The translations under genes were made by a program, and so were the position numbers. The notes beneath the pieces were generated by a model. That model was not told the DNA's origin, did no database searches, and saw only the letters and a program-made list of their open reading frames with translations. Below are positions 7,772 to 17,299 of a DNA stretch of 64,000 bases, piece after piece (position 1 is the first letter of the stretch; each line of letters starts with the position of its first letter). Origin of the DNA: Candidatus Omnitrophota bacterium (GTDB lineage Bacteria > Omnitrophota > Gorgyraeia > JACQQV01); contig JACQQV010000039.1 in the NCBI GenBank assembly GCA_016206785.1, positions 5,978 to 69,977 on the forward strand. Direction: 5' to 3'.

Positions 7772-9561
7772 TTTTTATTTGGATGCGCCTCCTCATAAAG
7801 GGAATCGATAAGGTTTTGATATTTTTCATATAAGCGTTTCCGTTTGACTTTAAGAGTTGGCGTAAGATCCCCCTCTCCTTGCGTCAATACTTTCGTGAGC
7901 AACGCAAACTTTTTAACTTTTTCAAAACTGGCAAGATCTTTGAGACATCTTTCAATTCGATGATGGAAAAGAGAAAGAATTTCAGGATGGGTCAAAAGGG
8001 AATCGAGATCCTTGAGCGGAAGACCTTTCTTCGCCGCCAGTCTCTCCAATGGGTCCAACCGAGGAATGATGAGCGCCACGATATATTTGCGTTTATCGCC
8101 AAAGATGACCGCTTCTTCGATGAAGGGGTCTTTCTTGAGAAGGGCTTCTACTTTCTGAGGAGAGACGTATTTGCCGCCACTTGTTTTGAGGAGGTCCTTC
8201 TTCCGGTCGGTAATGGTGAGGAAGCCTTCTGAATCCAGAAATCCGATATCTCCCGTGAGAAGGTAATCTCCTTGGAACGAAGCTTTCGTGAGATCCTCCC
8301 TCTGAAAATACCCTTGCATGACGTTCGGCCCCCGAACAAGAATTTCCCCGTCCTCCGCGATCTTCACCTCGACGCCTTCAATCGGAAGTCCCACACTCCC
8401 CCATTTGAATCGAGTCGGTCGGTTGACGGAGATCACGGGCGAGGTCTCTGTCAGACCGTATCCCTCCAGGATCATGCAATGGAATGCGGCAAAGAATTCA
8501 TGGACCTCGACCGAAAGGGGTGCGCTTCCCGAAATAAAAAACCTTAGCTGCTTCCCAATTTTTCTGCGAAGTTTTCTCAAAACCAGAAGCAGGGCAAGGG
8601 GATATTGGAGGCGCTCATGCCAAAGAAGAGGCGTTTTGTATTGGAGAGACCTTGCTTTTTCTCGTCCTTGCTTGATGGCCCACAAAATGAGGGCGCGTTC
8701 AACAAAATTTTTTTTAGCGACGGCGGCTAAGATCGCCTCTTGGATTTTCTCGAAAAACCGAGGAACACCGCTCACCACGGTTGGCTGAACCTCCTGCATG
8801 TTTTGAAAAACAGTGTCCATATTTTCCGCATACGCGATGGTTCCTCCCCGCGAAAGGAAAAAGTAGAAACCAGCCATCCTTTCAAAGACATGGCTTAAAG
8901 GGAGGAAAGAGAGGTAGAGATCCTTCTCGGAGATCGGGATCGCTTCACTGCAGGAGCGGCAATTGGAAAGGAAGTTGTCGTGCGAAAGCATGACCCCTTT
9001 CGGTTCGCCAGTCGTCCCTGAAGTATAGATGATGGTTGCCGTGTCGTTTTTTCGTACCTGTTGGAGTCGTTCGAGGAACACCCTTTCCTCTTTTTTTCTG
9101 AAGTCCTCTCCTTCCGAAAGGGCATTTGAGAAGTAGGGCTCTTCAAAGGGGAGCGTGGGGTTTTTCCAGGAAGAAAGCGTTTGGCAGAAAGAGAGCCGTG
9201 AGACAAGAAGAAACCGCGCGCCGGAGTCGTTCAGGAGTTGTTCAACTTCCGTCGGGGTAAGGGTGGTATAGATCGGTACAGTGATGCAGCCAATGGAAAC
9301 AATGGCAAGGTCCGATATCGCCCACTCGGGACGATTTTCCGAAAAGAGAGCGACGCGGTCCCCTTTTTGAAGGCCATGCTTCAGGAGGTAGCCGGCGAGA
9401 TGAAGGATCCTTTCGTTGACTTCCTTCCAGGAAAGACTCTGGTAAGCCCCTCCCCTTTTAAAACGAAGGCATTCCCGGTCGGCATATCGCAAGGCCCGGG
9501 ATCGAAACATCCCGTAGAGGACCTCTTCATCGATTTTTAAATTGAGGTTGTCTTTTGTCAA
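7768..9561 (-). CDS. Long-chain fatty acid--CoA ligase (AMP-dependent synthetase)
   Basis: AMP-binding motif TSGTTGEPKGVMLSHDN; 597 aa. Confidence 0.85.
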   Translation of the reverse strand: MTKDNLNLKIDEEVLYGMFRSRALRYADRECLRFKRGGAYQSLSWKEVNERILHLAGYLLKHGLQKGDRVALFSENRPEWAISDLAIVSIGCITVPIYTTLTPTEVEQLLNDSGARFLLVSRLSFCQTLSSWKNPTLPFEEPYFSNALSEGEDFRKKEERVFLERLQQVRKNDTATIIYTSGTTGEPKGVMLSHDNFLSNCRSCSEAIPISEKDLYLSFLPLSHVFERMAGFYFFLSRGGTIAYAENMDTVFQNMQEVQPTVVSGVPRFFEKIQEAILAAVAKKNFVERALILWAIKQGREKARSLQYKTPLLWHERLQYPLALLLVLRKLRRKIGKQLRFFISGSAPLSVEVHEFFAAFHCMILEGYGLTETSPVISVNRPTRFKWGSVGLPIEGVEVKIAEDGEILVRGPNVMQGYFQREDLTKASFQGDYLLTGDIGFLDSEGFLTITDRKKDLLKTSGGKYVSPQKVEALLKKDPFIEEAVIFGDKRKYIVALIIPRLDPLERLAAKKGLPLKDLDSLLTHPEILSLFHHRIERCLKDLASFEKVKKFALLTKVLTQGEGDLTPTLKVKRKRLYEKYQNLIDSLYEEAHPNKN

Positions 9562-10312
9562 GAAATGCTGAGACGCCTTCCTTCATGTCCTCTGTTTCAC
9601 AGATCTTTCCAAAGCCCTTCGCCTCCTCATGAAGCCCTTCCTCCAACGAGGCGCGACGGCTTTGATCGATCAGTGACAAAATCTGGGTAACCGCCACCAT
9701 GCCCTTGGAGGCGATTTTCTTTGCCAGCCCTTTCGCCTGTTTTAAAAGGTCTTGGTCGGGGACAACGCTGTTGACGAGCCCTATGCGAAAGGCTTCCTGC
9801 GCCGTCATCATATCTCCTGTGAGCATCAGTTCCGTTGCCTTGCTCAGTCCTACGATTCGGGGGAGTCTCTGAGTTCCTCCGAATCCTGGGATGATCCCTA
9901 AATTAATTTCGGGTTGACCGAATCGCGCCCGATCGCCTGCAATCCGGAGATGACAGGCCATCGTCAGTTCATTTCCACCTCCCAAGCAGACGGCGTTCAC
10001 GGCAGCGATAACCGGTTTTCCTAATTTCTCGATCTTATTCAAAATGTCCTGTCCTCGTCTGGCCAATTGCTCCGCCTGCGTTCCGGAGGCGATCCCCCGG
10101 AATTCCTTGATGTCTGCCCCTGCAATGAAGGCCTGCGGATTTTGAGAGGTGAAAAGGACAACCTTTGTTTCCGGGTCTGTCTTCAAAAGATCAAAAAGTT
10201 GGTCAAGTTCCTTTAGGACCTCTTGATTCAAGGTGTTGACAGGAGGATGATCGAAAATAAGGGTCGTCACCCCCTCCTCCTTGGAAATTTTGAAGAATTG
10301 AAAAGTGTCCAT
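9527..10312 (-). CDS. Enoyl-CoA hydratase/isomerase (crotonase family)
   Basis: Crotonase-fold signatures (..IAAVNAVCLGGGNELTMACHLRIAG..); AGGAG SD. Confidence 0.85.
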   Translation of the reverse strand: MDTFQFFKISKEEGVTTLIFDHPPVNTLNQEVLKELDQLFDLLKTDPETKVVLFTSQNPQAFIAGADIKEFRGIASGTQAEQLARRGQDILNKIEKLGKPVIAAVNAVCLGGGNELTMACHLRIAGDRARFGQPEINLGIIPGFGGTQRLPRIVGLSKATELMLTGDMMTAQEAFRIGLVNSVVPDQDLLKQAKGLAKKIASKGMVAVTQILSLIDQSRRASLEEGLHEEAKGFGKICETEDMKEGVSAFLDKRQPQFKNR

Positions 10313-10327
10313 CAGCTCTCCTTTGTC

Positions 10328-11542
10328 TTAGGAATACGTAAAAAATCCTTTTTTCGTTTTAAGGCCGAGACGATTTGCCTTTGTCATTCTCCTTAAGAGA
10401 GGAGCGGGCCAAAAGCGTCCTCCCATTTGGAAACTCCACACGTCCAATTGGCGGACAATCACGTCGATTCCCACTTGATCGGCAAAATGAAGAAGTCCCT
10501 GTTTCGATGGGGGGAATCCGATCCCGGTGAGCATTGCAAGATCGATGTCGCCTGCTCGGCCAATTCCCTCCTGGAGGCAGAGGGCAGCTTCGTTGATCAT
10601 GGGAAAGATCATTCTTTCAACGGAGAATGGCTGTTTGGGATACTTTTTGGAGAGGTTTTGAAGGAGAGATTTCATTTCCTCATCCACTTCAATTTTCTCC
10701 CCATACGTGTAAAACCCTTTCCCCCTTTTCATGCCGTAACGACCTGCGGTTTGAAGATGCCCCCAGATCTCGGCAGGTTTCATCCGTTCTCCATACTCTT
10801 CCAAAAGTGTTTTTACGACACTATGGCAGACTTCAAGCCCCAAAGTGTCGACGAGTGTAAAAGGGCCCATGGGAAATCCGAATTCGACCATCGCCCGATC
10901 GATCTCCTGAAGGCCAGTACTTCCCTCTTGGAGGGCGTAAGATGCCTCGTTGAGGTACGGCATAAGGAGGCGATTGACGAGGAAACCTGCGCACTCGTTC
11001 ACCCGGATGGGAAGTTTCCTTAAGCTTTCTGCAAAGGAAGTGACATCGGTGACCGTCTCCTCGGAGGTCTCCAGTCCCGGTATAATTTCAACCAGCTTCA
11101 TCACATGGGCAGGGTAAAAGAAATGCATGCCGATGACTTTTTCCGGGCGGGCGGTCGTGGCACCGAGTTGGGAAATGGAGAGCGCAGATGTGTTGGATGC
11201 GAGAATCGCACTTTTGGGACAGGCACGGTCCAATTCTTGAAAGACATTTTTTTTGACACCGATATCCTCGAAGACCGCTTCAATAACGATGTCTATTTCT
11301 TTAAAATCTGCGTAACTCGTCGTAGGGCGAATGAGGACGATCTTCGATTCGACTTCTTCCGTGGTCATCTTCCCTTTTTGCACCCGTCCCTCATAGATCT
11401 CACGGATCCGTTTCAAACCAGACTGCACCAGATGCTCATTTAAATCCTTAAAAATAACAGGAATGCCTGAATAAGAGATCGTTTGCGCGATCTCCGAACC
11501 CATGGCTCCTGCTCCCACGACAGCCGCTTTGTAGATGTACAT
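10328..11542 (-). CDS. 3-hydroxyacyl-CoA dehydrogenase
   Basis: N-terminal Rossmann motif AVVGAGAMGSEIA plus C-terminal 3HCDH domain; completes a beta-oxidation trio. Confidence 0.85.
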   Translation of the reverse strand: MYIYKAAVVGAGAMGSEIAQTISYSGIPVIFKDLNEHLVQSGLKRIREIYEGRVQKGKMTTEEVESKIVLIRPTTSYADFKEIDIVIEAVFEDIGVKKNVFQELDRACPKSAILASNTSALSISQLGATTARPEKVIGMHFFYPAHVMKLVEIIPGLETSEETVTDVTSFAESLRKLPIRVNECAGFLVNRLLMPYLNEASYALQEGSTGLQEIDRAMVEFGFPMGPFTLVDTLGLEVCHSVVKTLLEEYGERMKPAEIWGHLQTAGRYGMKRGKGFYTYGEKIEVDEEMKSLLQNLSKKYPKQPFSVERMIFPMINEAALCLQEGIGRAGDIDLAMLTGIGFPPSKQGLLHFADQVGIDVIVRQLDVWSFQMGGRFWPAPLLRRMTKANRLGLKTKKGFFTYS

Positions 11543-11594
11543 GAAGTCCCCTTCGTTATTCTAACAGGATGATCCCCACCGGTCAATTTTCCTT

Positions 11595-13664
11595 TCAGGG
11601 ACCCCAAACCAGTTGCTTAATCTCCGGGAGGTGTTTCAAGGTTTCTTCCTCGCCCCTGCGGATAAATTTCTTCGCTTCAAAAAACTCGAACCAACTGGCA
11701 CTAATGGTGGTGGGGCGAATGACGACGTCTGCGTTGCGACAGGCGATCTCTGAAATTTCATATTCCATGGTCTGCATGCTCTGCATCATGATGTCAAAGA
11801 TATTTGGAATAAAGACGCGCCGGAGTTTCTTACGCAGTCGGTAAAGGGACCGGATGAAAAAATTTTTCTTGAGGACTGCGGCCATCTTTTTCTCTTCCGT
11901 CTCTTCGAGGCGTTTTCTTCTCTCAAGAACCGCTTGTGGACTGGGCAGTACATTGACCGCGATAATTTTATTGGCACCGCACCGGCGGAGGGTTTCAATG
12001 GGAACTGGAGACACCACAGCCCCATCGACAATCGTTTGTCCATCTCGGAGGATAGGCTCTACGATGCCGGGGATGGACATGCTGGCCCTCACCGCTTCAA
12101 AGAGAAGGCCCTTGTCCAGGATCAATTCCTCGCGGGTATTGAGATCTACTGCAACGACCTTCAGAGGAAAGGAGGCGTCTTGGAAAGTTCGGCTGCCGAG
12201 GAGGTTCTTCAAAAACCCGGAGACTTTTACCCCTTTAAAGAATCCCCGTGTCCACAAAAAGTTGAAATCGGCGAAGAGGGAAAAAGTTCTTGCGCGACTC
12301 GAGAATCTTTCGGCGATTTTTTCCATTTCATCCGGTTTCTTTCCCGAGGCCCAAACCGCCGCAACAATGGCGCCCATACTGGTCCCCGCCACCACATCGA
12401 TTGGAATCTTTTCCTTCTCGAGGACTTTCAGGACACCGACGTGGGCAAGTCCCAGTGCCGCCCCACTCCCTAAGGCAAGCCCCACGAGGACATCTCCAAT
12501 TTCCCGTGCCATATACCGAACCATCTTGCTGTAATGGGAGGTGGGACTCCCGATCACGAAGGGGATCCCTTTGAGTTGGATGTAGTCTTGGAGGGTTTGG
12601 GTATAGGGGAGGACCTGGTTAATCTTTTCGCCGAGCATTTCTTCTTTTCGTAAGAGGGACGCACGATGTTCCGGTTTCTTTTCATTTAAAATGATCCGGA
12701 TTTTGTCACGAATCTCTTTATGCTGAAGAGAAGAGTCCAGAACTTCTTTTGTTTGCAGAAGGTGTTCTCGGGGGGCATCCGTCATAAGATAGATGAGGTC
12801 GGATTGCGTCAAAATATTCTGTGTGAGAACGTCATTTCGGGTAGGAAGATCCAAGAGGATAAAGTCATAAGAAAAAGCGAGATGGCTCAAAAGGGCCGTG
12901 ATCTTCCTTTCGTCCCCCTCTTTAAATTCATGGAGGGTTAGGCCAAGGAGGTGAAAGCCGGACGGGTGAGTCGTCACATATTTTTGGACGATCTCCCCTT
13001 CAGCGCTTCCCACCTTTTTCAGATCAAAGTTATTCTTCATTTCCAGTTTTAAGAGGGTATGGATAGTATCCCCCTCGCCGTTGAAGTCGATGACGATGGT
13101 CTTCCGTCTCGTTTCTAACGTCAGGCTCCCGGCGAGGTTAATCGCGAAGGAGGTCTTTCCGGCTTGGGGCACGACGCTGTAGATTGAAATGATCTTGGAC
13201 TCCTTGATCCTTTCCCCTTCCCGATCTTTTCGCTTGAGGCGATTGCTTAAGACCCGACTGATCTGAATGGTGACTTGGGGAGAACGCTGAATGATCTGGT
13301 TGAAGCTCTCCTTCCCGAGCCGTAGGAGTAATGCATCATTTTGAACGACCACATTGACCGAATGGGGCTCCCCCGTCAAAAGGGAGAGCTCCCCGAAATA
13401 GTCTCCCTCGTACAAATAGGCAAAAATCTTTTCGCGTTGCTCTTCCTGGGAAAATACCTTTACCCTGCCGGAGACAATGGCGTAAAAGCAGTCAGCAGGA
13501 TCTCCTTCGCGGTAAATGAAATCACCTTTTTTGTATTCAATAAGCCTCATTTCGTTTGCGAGAAGACGCAATTCCGGTTCTTGCAGACCCGAAAAGAGGG
13601 GCAATCGTCGCAAGACTTCTACCTTATCAATCTTATCGATCTGTTTAAAATACCACCGTGTCAT
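11595..13664 (-). CDS. Three-domain protein: cNMP-binding domain / degenerate MinD-ParA-like domain / patatin-like phospholipase
   Basis: CAP-type cNMP-binding signature (..GDYFGELSLL..); degenerate P-loop SVVPQAGKT; patatin motifs GxGxxG (GSGAALG), GTSMG and DGAV; start ATG 13664 forms an ATGA overlap with the upstream stop. Confidence 0.75.
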   Translation of the reverse strand: MTRWYFKQIDKIDKVEVLRRLPLFSGLQEPELRLLANEMRLIEYKKGDFIYREGDPADCFYAIVSGRVKVFSQEEQREKIFAYLYEGDYFGELSLLTGEPHSVNVVVQNDALLLRLGKESFNQIIQRSPQVTIQISRVLSNRLKRKDREGERIKESKIISIYSVVPQAGKTSFAINLAGSLTLETRRKTIVIDFNGEGDTIHTLLKLEMKNNFDLKKVGSAEGEIVQKYVTTHPSGFHLLGLTLHEFKEGDERKITALLSHLAFSYDFILLDLPTRNDVLTQNILTQSDLIYLMTDAPREHLLQTKEVLDSSLQHKEIRDKIRIILNEKKPEHRASLLRKEEMLGEKINQVLPYTQTLQDYIQLKGIPFVIGSPTSHYSKMVRYMAREIGDVLVGLALGSGAALGLAHVGVLKVLEKEKIPIDVVAGTSMGAIVAAVWASGKKPDEMEKIAERFSSRARTFSLFADFNFLWTRGFFKGVKVSGFLKNLLGSRTFQDASFPLKVVAVDLNTREELILDKGLLFEAVRASMSIPGIVEPILRDGQTIVDGAVVSPVPIETLRRCGANKIIAVNVLPSPQAVLERRKRLEETEEKKMAAVLKKNFFIRSLYRLRKKLRRVFIPNIFDIMMQSMQTMEYEISEIACRNADVVIRPTTISASWFEFFEAKKFIRRGEEETLKHLPEIKQLVWGP

Positions 13665-14365
13665 CGTTTTTTCTCCATGACCCTGATGAAATTCTGGCAA
13701 CCCTTTTTCGTCCGTGGAAGGGGATCGAGGGGACACGAGGCGCACAGGGGACTCTTCCGACAGTACCTCTTCCCCACCTCGACGAGGAGGGCATGGTATT
13801 CGTTAAAGAGAGAGGCGCGATGAGGTAAAGTGTCCGTAAAATAATCTTGGATTTCTTCGTAACGTTCATCTCCCCGAAGGAGGCCGTGTCGGGAGAGAAC
13901 GCGCCGGGTATACGCATCGACGACAAAAACAGGTTTCCCCCCCGCATACAGTAAGATGCTGTCCACTGTCTCTTCGCCGAGTCCGTCTATTGCGAGAAGT
14001 TCTTTTCGGAGAGGGCCGGTCGGGTGAAGAAACAGGGCCTCTAGGTTTCCCTCCCATTTTCTAAAAAGATAGGAGAGGAAATTTTTGACCCGCTTCGCCT
14101 TGACATTGAAAAACCCGGAAGGGCGTATCGTTTTTGCGAGTGTTTCTTGATTGAGGCGATAAAGACGATCTGCACGAAGGAGCCTTTTTTTCTCAAGGGC
14201 CCGGATCGCCTTTTCCACATTCGACCAAGCGGTGTTTTGGGTCAAGATCGCTCCCACCACCACTTCAAAAGGTGATTTTGCAGGCCACCAATGGCGTTTT
14301 CCAAAAGTCCTGTACAGCCGCCTATAAATCCAGCGTAGCACTTTTCCGTCAAAATTGTTCCGCAA
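13661..14365 (-). CDS. Endonuclease III-like HhH-GPD base-excision repair protein
   Basis: HhH-GPD fold features plus C-terminal Cys cluster CRKSPLCASCPL (4Fe-4S); resembles the endonuclease III-related family. Confidence 0.75.
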   Translation of the reverse strand: MRNNFDGKVLRWIYRRLYRTFGKRHWWPAKSPFEVVVGAILTQNTAWSNVEKAIRALEKKRLLRADRLYRLNQETLAKTIRPSGFFNVKAKRVKNFLSYLFRKWEGNLEALFLHPTGPLRKELLAIDGLGEETVDSILLYAGGKPVFVVDAYTRRVLSRHGLLRGDERYEEIQDYFTDTLPHRASLFNEYHALLVEVGKRYCRKSPLCASCPLDPLPRTKKGCQNFIRVMEKKR

Positions 14366-15452
14366 ATTCGATCCTCCTTAAGATAGAGGGGTGACTGTAA
14401 AAGAAGAACTCGATGAGTCGGTCGGGAGACTCATCTTCTAAATTTTGTTGAGCGAGTTTTTTCATGGAGGAAACAAAAATTTCCCTCAGCCCCGTCGTCC
14501 GTAACGCAAAAGCATCCGCCCTTCGCTCCAACATTCTGGAAAAGCCGTTTTGAAGCGGCATGAGACAAAAATTCAAGAGAGAAAAAAGGAGGAGAAAAAG
14601 AGGAAGAGCCGCCATATTCCCCACATCGCCTATCTGGAAAAGGGGGAGAAGTCCAATGAGGAGCTGCTGCACCAGATAAATCCCCCCAAATGTCAGGAAG
14701 GCACTGAAGAGGAGGGAAGCTGCCACATGGTGCTCTTTGTCATGGCCCAGTTCGTGGGCAAACACCACTTTAATCTCATCATGACTCAAACTCCGGAGCA
14801 GGGTGTCTCCAAGAACGATTTTCTTCAGTTTGCCTATTCCTAGAACAGCGGCATTCGCTTTCCTTGTGTCCCTGCTGAGGTCGATCGCTCTTACGGAGTG
14901 GATATCTCTTCCCTGGCTCCGGGCAAAGGTCTTGAGCGTCTGAATGAGCAGTTGATCCTCGACGGGGGTGTACCGGTAGAAAAGGGGGACGATCCAGACC
15001 GGGAAAAGTTGTGTCAAAATCCAGCTGTAGAGGAACCATAAAATTCCGAAACCGATCCACCATCTTTCACTCATGGTCCAGACAAAGAAGTAGCCGGTTT
15101 CCACCAAGAGGAGAAAAAAGAGGAGAGAAAGGAGCTCTTTCTTCCCTTCTCTGGCACACCACCTTTTGAAAGTCAACAGGGATAGCCCGAACTGTTTCTC
15201 CAGGAAATAGCTGACGTAAAGGTGTGTTGGAAGGTGAATAAAAAAAAGAAAAAATGAGAGACCGGTGGCGTAAACGGCGATCCGAAGCCAGTAAAAAGAG
15301 AACCCCCTAAGGATCGCTTGCTCTAATCTCTGGGCACTCCCTAAGGACATAAAGAGGCAGAGAAAAATGATGCCTATCATGAAGTCAATAAAGAAAAAGA
15401 CGATTTTAATGCGGTGATACCGTTTTGCCTTTTCTTTTGATTTATCGACCAT
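14349..15452 (-). CDS. M48-family zinc metallopeptidase (Ste24/HtpX-like) with N-terminal multi-TM region
   Basis: HELGH zinc motif (AHELGHDKEHH) after about 5 TM helices; start moved to internal ATG 15452. Confidence 0.75.
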   Translation of the reverse strand: MVDKSKEKAKRYHRIKIVFFFIDFMIGIIFLCLFMSLGSAQRLEQAILRGFSFYWLRIAVYATGLSFFLFFIHLPTHLYVSYFLEKQFGLSLLTFKRWCAREGKKELLSLLFFLLLVETGYFFVWTMSERWWIGFGILWFLYSWILTQLFPVWIVPLFYRYTPVEDQLLIQTLKTFARSQGRDIHSVRAIDLSRDTRKANAAVLGIGKLKKIVLGDTLLRSLSHDEIKVVFAHELGHDKEHHVAASLLFSAFLTFGGIYLVQQLLIGLLPLFQIGDVGNMAALPLFLLLFSLLNFCLMPLQNGFSRMLERRADAFALRTTGLREIFVSSMKKLAQQNLEDESPDRLIEFFFYSHPSILRRIEFAEQF

Positions 15453-16242
15453 CGATGAGCACCACGGGATCTCCGCGGCGTAAGGACAATGCCTTTGCCG
15501 CGCTGTCTTTTTGTAACGCCAGTTCCAGAAGACCTGAACTCCCAAAAAGAGCGAGGGGTCCCTGACCGCCTTCGGCGTAGGTTTTAAAGAGTCCTTTGAT
15601 CAGATACTTTCCCGCCTTGATCCACACTCCCTTCCTCTTCCCTCCTCTTTTAAAACGGAGATAATCTCTCCGGCGGATATTAGTGATGAGATTTCCAAAA
15701 CGATCTTCCGTAAGAATCTTTCCCTTCAGACGAGATGGGCGAAAAGAAACTTTCCATAGAGGAAGCGTTTTGAGTGAGGAGACGGCCTTCCCAAGACGCT
15801 GGGGCGGAATACCGAGAGAAAGCTTGGCGGCGCAAGGGGCGACAATGTCTCTTCCGTGAAAGGTGTGGCTCACGGAAGCACCTGCGCCAATCGGGGAGAT
15901 CTGATAAAGAGAAACCTTTTTCAGTTCTTCAACAATCGGACCCAAAAGACCATTGTCAGGGGCGAGGAAGAGATAATCCGACGACCGAACGATGAGGAGC
16001 GCTCTTTCCGTCCCCACGCCGGGATCCACGACAGCGAGATGAAGGGTTCCTTTGGGAAAGTATCGGTAAGTTCTCCATAAGGTCAGGCTTGCATGAAGGA
16101 TATCGTGCGGCGGAACTTGGTGTGTAATATCAACAAAGGAGACGTGGGGATTGTGTCTGAGGATGACTCCTTTCATTTCTGCCGCATAAGAGTCTTTCTC
16201 TCCAAAGTCTGTCGTCAGGGTAATGATTTTTCTCCGCTTCAT
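15442..16242 (-). CDS. S-adenosylmethionine hydroxide adenosyltransferase family (DUF62)
   Basis: N-terminal ITLTTDFG..DSY..EMKGVI signature of the SAM hydrolase / fluorinase-like fold; ATGA overlap with the upstream PilZ gene. Confidence 0.7.
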   Translation of the reverse strand: MKRRKIITLTTDFGEKDSYAAEMKGVILRHNPHVSFVDITHQVPPHDILHASLTLWRTYRYFPKGTLHLAVVDPGVGTERALLIVRSSDYLFLAPDNGLLGPIVEELKKVSLYQISPIGAGASVSHTFHGRDIVAPCAAKLSLGIPPQRLGKAVSSLKTLPLWKVSFRPSRLKGKILTEDRFGNLITNIRRRDYLRFKRGGKRKGVWIKAGKYLIKGLFKTYAEGGQGPLALFGSSGLLELALQKDSAAKALSLRRGDPVVLIDGR

Positions 16243-16607
16243 GCGTGATAGTGTGTTAAATGATACGTGACGTATTGATTCAATATCTCTCGATCCTGCA
16301 CATTCAGTCTTGTGAAATAGATCGCGACGAAGTATTTCTCAGGGTTTCCATTTTCACGAACGGTCTTTTCAGACCTCACCACAACCCCCTCGCATCGAAT
16401 CTCCTGGGGAGCTTTCCTTTCCTGACCCATGACAGGAACCGATAAGGTAATGGATACTTTTGCAAAAGTCGGAATAGGTTGAGAAACCTGACAATAGGCG
16501 CCCGTGATACTGATATTTTTCGTCTCTGTGACCAGACGAAAGGCATCCCCCCTTAACGTCATGGAAAGTGCTTTTTCGATGCGGGGGGAGCCACGCTGCT
16601 CTACCAT
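16239..16607 (-). CDS. PilZ domain protein
   Basis: RxxxR (RGSPRIEK) and NxSxxG (NISITGAY) motifs, 122 aa. Confidence 0.65.
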   Translation of the reverse strand: MVEQRGSPRIEKALSMTLRGDAFRLVTETKNISITGAYCQVSQPIPTFAKVSITLSVPVMGQERKAPQEIRCEGVVVRSEKTVRENGNPEKYFVAIYFTRLNVQDREILNQYVTYHLTHYHA

Positions 16608-17176
16608 AGAGGCTTCCTTTCACTGGAAGATTCGAGTCGAAGAAGCTGCTTCTTGACCTTTTTCCCCCATGCGAACCCTCCTATTCCCTTCGAGGTCATG
16701 ACGATGCGGTGACACGGAATAAGGAGAGGGAGAGGATTTTGATGGAGGGCTTGACCACAAGCCCGGGAACCTCCCGGACATCGGATTCTTTTGGCCACCC
16801 ACCGGTATGTTCGAACGGTGCCGCAGGGAATTTGGCGCACCAAGGTGAGCACCCTTTTTTGAAAAGGGGTCCGTGATGAAAGGTCGAGAGGGAGAAGGGG
16901 CGGAGTTTGTTTTCCTTTGAAATAGTCACACACATAAGCCTCGGTTTTTCTAAATAAGTTCCCTCTTTTTTGAATGGCGGTCGGGTATCTGAGAAGAATT
17001 TTCCTGCGCAAAAGCGACCGCTTCCCCCTTTCCCGGAGAAGAGCCGCGATCCCTTTTGGCGTTTCGACCACGCCGAGCCATCCCAGGGGACTTTTGATCA
17101 TAAAATAGGAAACGACGTCACGCGGCTTTTTTCTGAAAGAGTTGCCAGCACCCTTTCCCGCAGAAAAACTTGCCAT
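16601..17176 (-). CDS. ogt: Methylated-DNA--protein-cysteine methyltransferase (O6-alkylguanine alkyltransferase)
   Basis: Active-site PCHR motif (IPCHRIV) in the C-terminal domain; N-terminal start possibly later (MIKSPLG). Confidence 0.8.
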   Translation of the reverse strand: MASFSAGKGAGNSFRKKPRDVVSYFMIKSPLGWLGVVETPKGIAALLRERGKRSLLRRKILLRYPTAIQKRGNLFRKTEAYVCDYFKGKQTPPLLPLDLSSRTPFQKRVLTLVRQIPCGTVRTYRWVAKRIRCPGGSRACGQALHQNPLPLLIPCHRIVMTSKGIGGFAWGKKVKKQLLRLESSSERKPLW

Positions 17177-17299
17177 TTCGGTAGTACCAGTTTTTTCGTT
17201 TAAGGGGTTTATTGCATCGGACGCAATTTTTTGGCTTTTCAGTTTTCTTTGTTTGGGGAGGCGCTTCTTCTTTTTTTTCCTCTTCCACAGAACCCTCCT

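Noticed and set aside
11595-13664. cNMP-patatin protein as a CBASS CapV-type effector
   Set aside because: No CD-NTase, cyclase or other defence-system partner in the neighbourhood; the ligand domain is a classical CAP-type cNMP-binding fold rather than a CapV-like sensor. It is kept as an unusual fusion, not called as a defence system.
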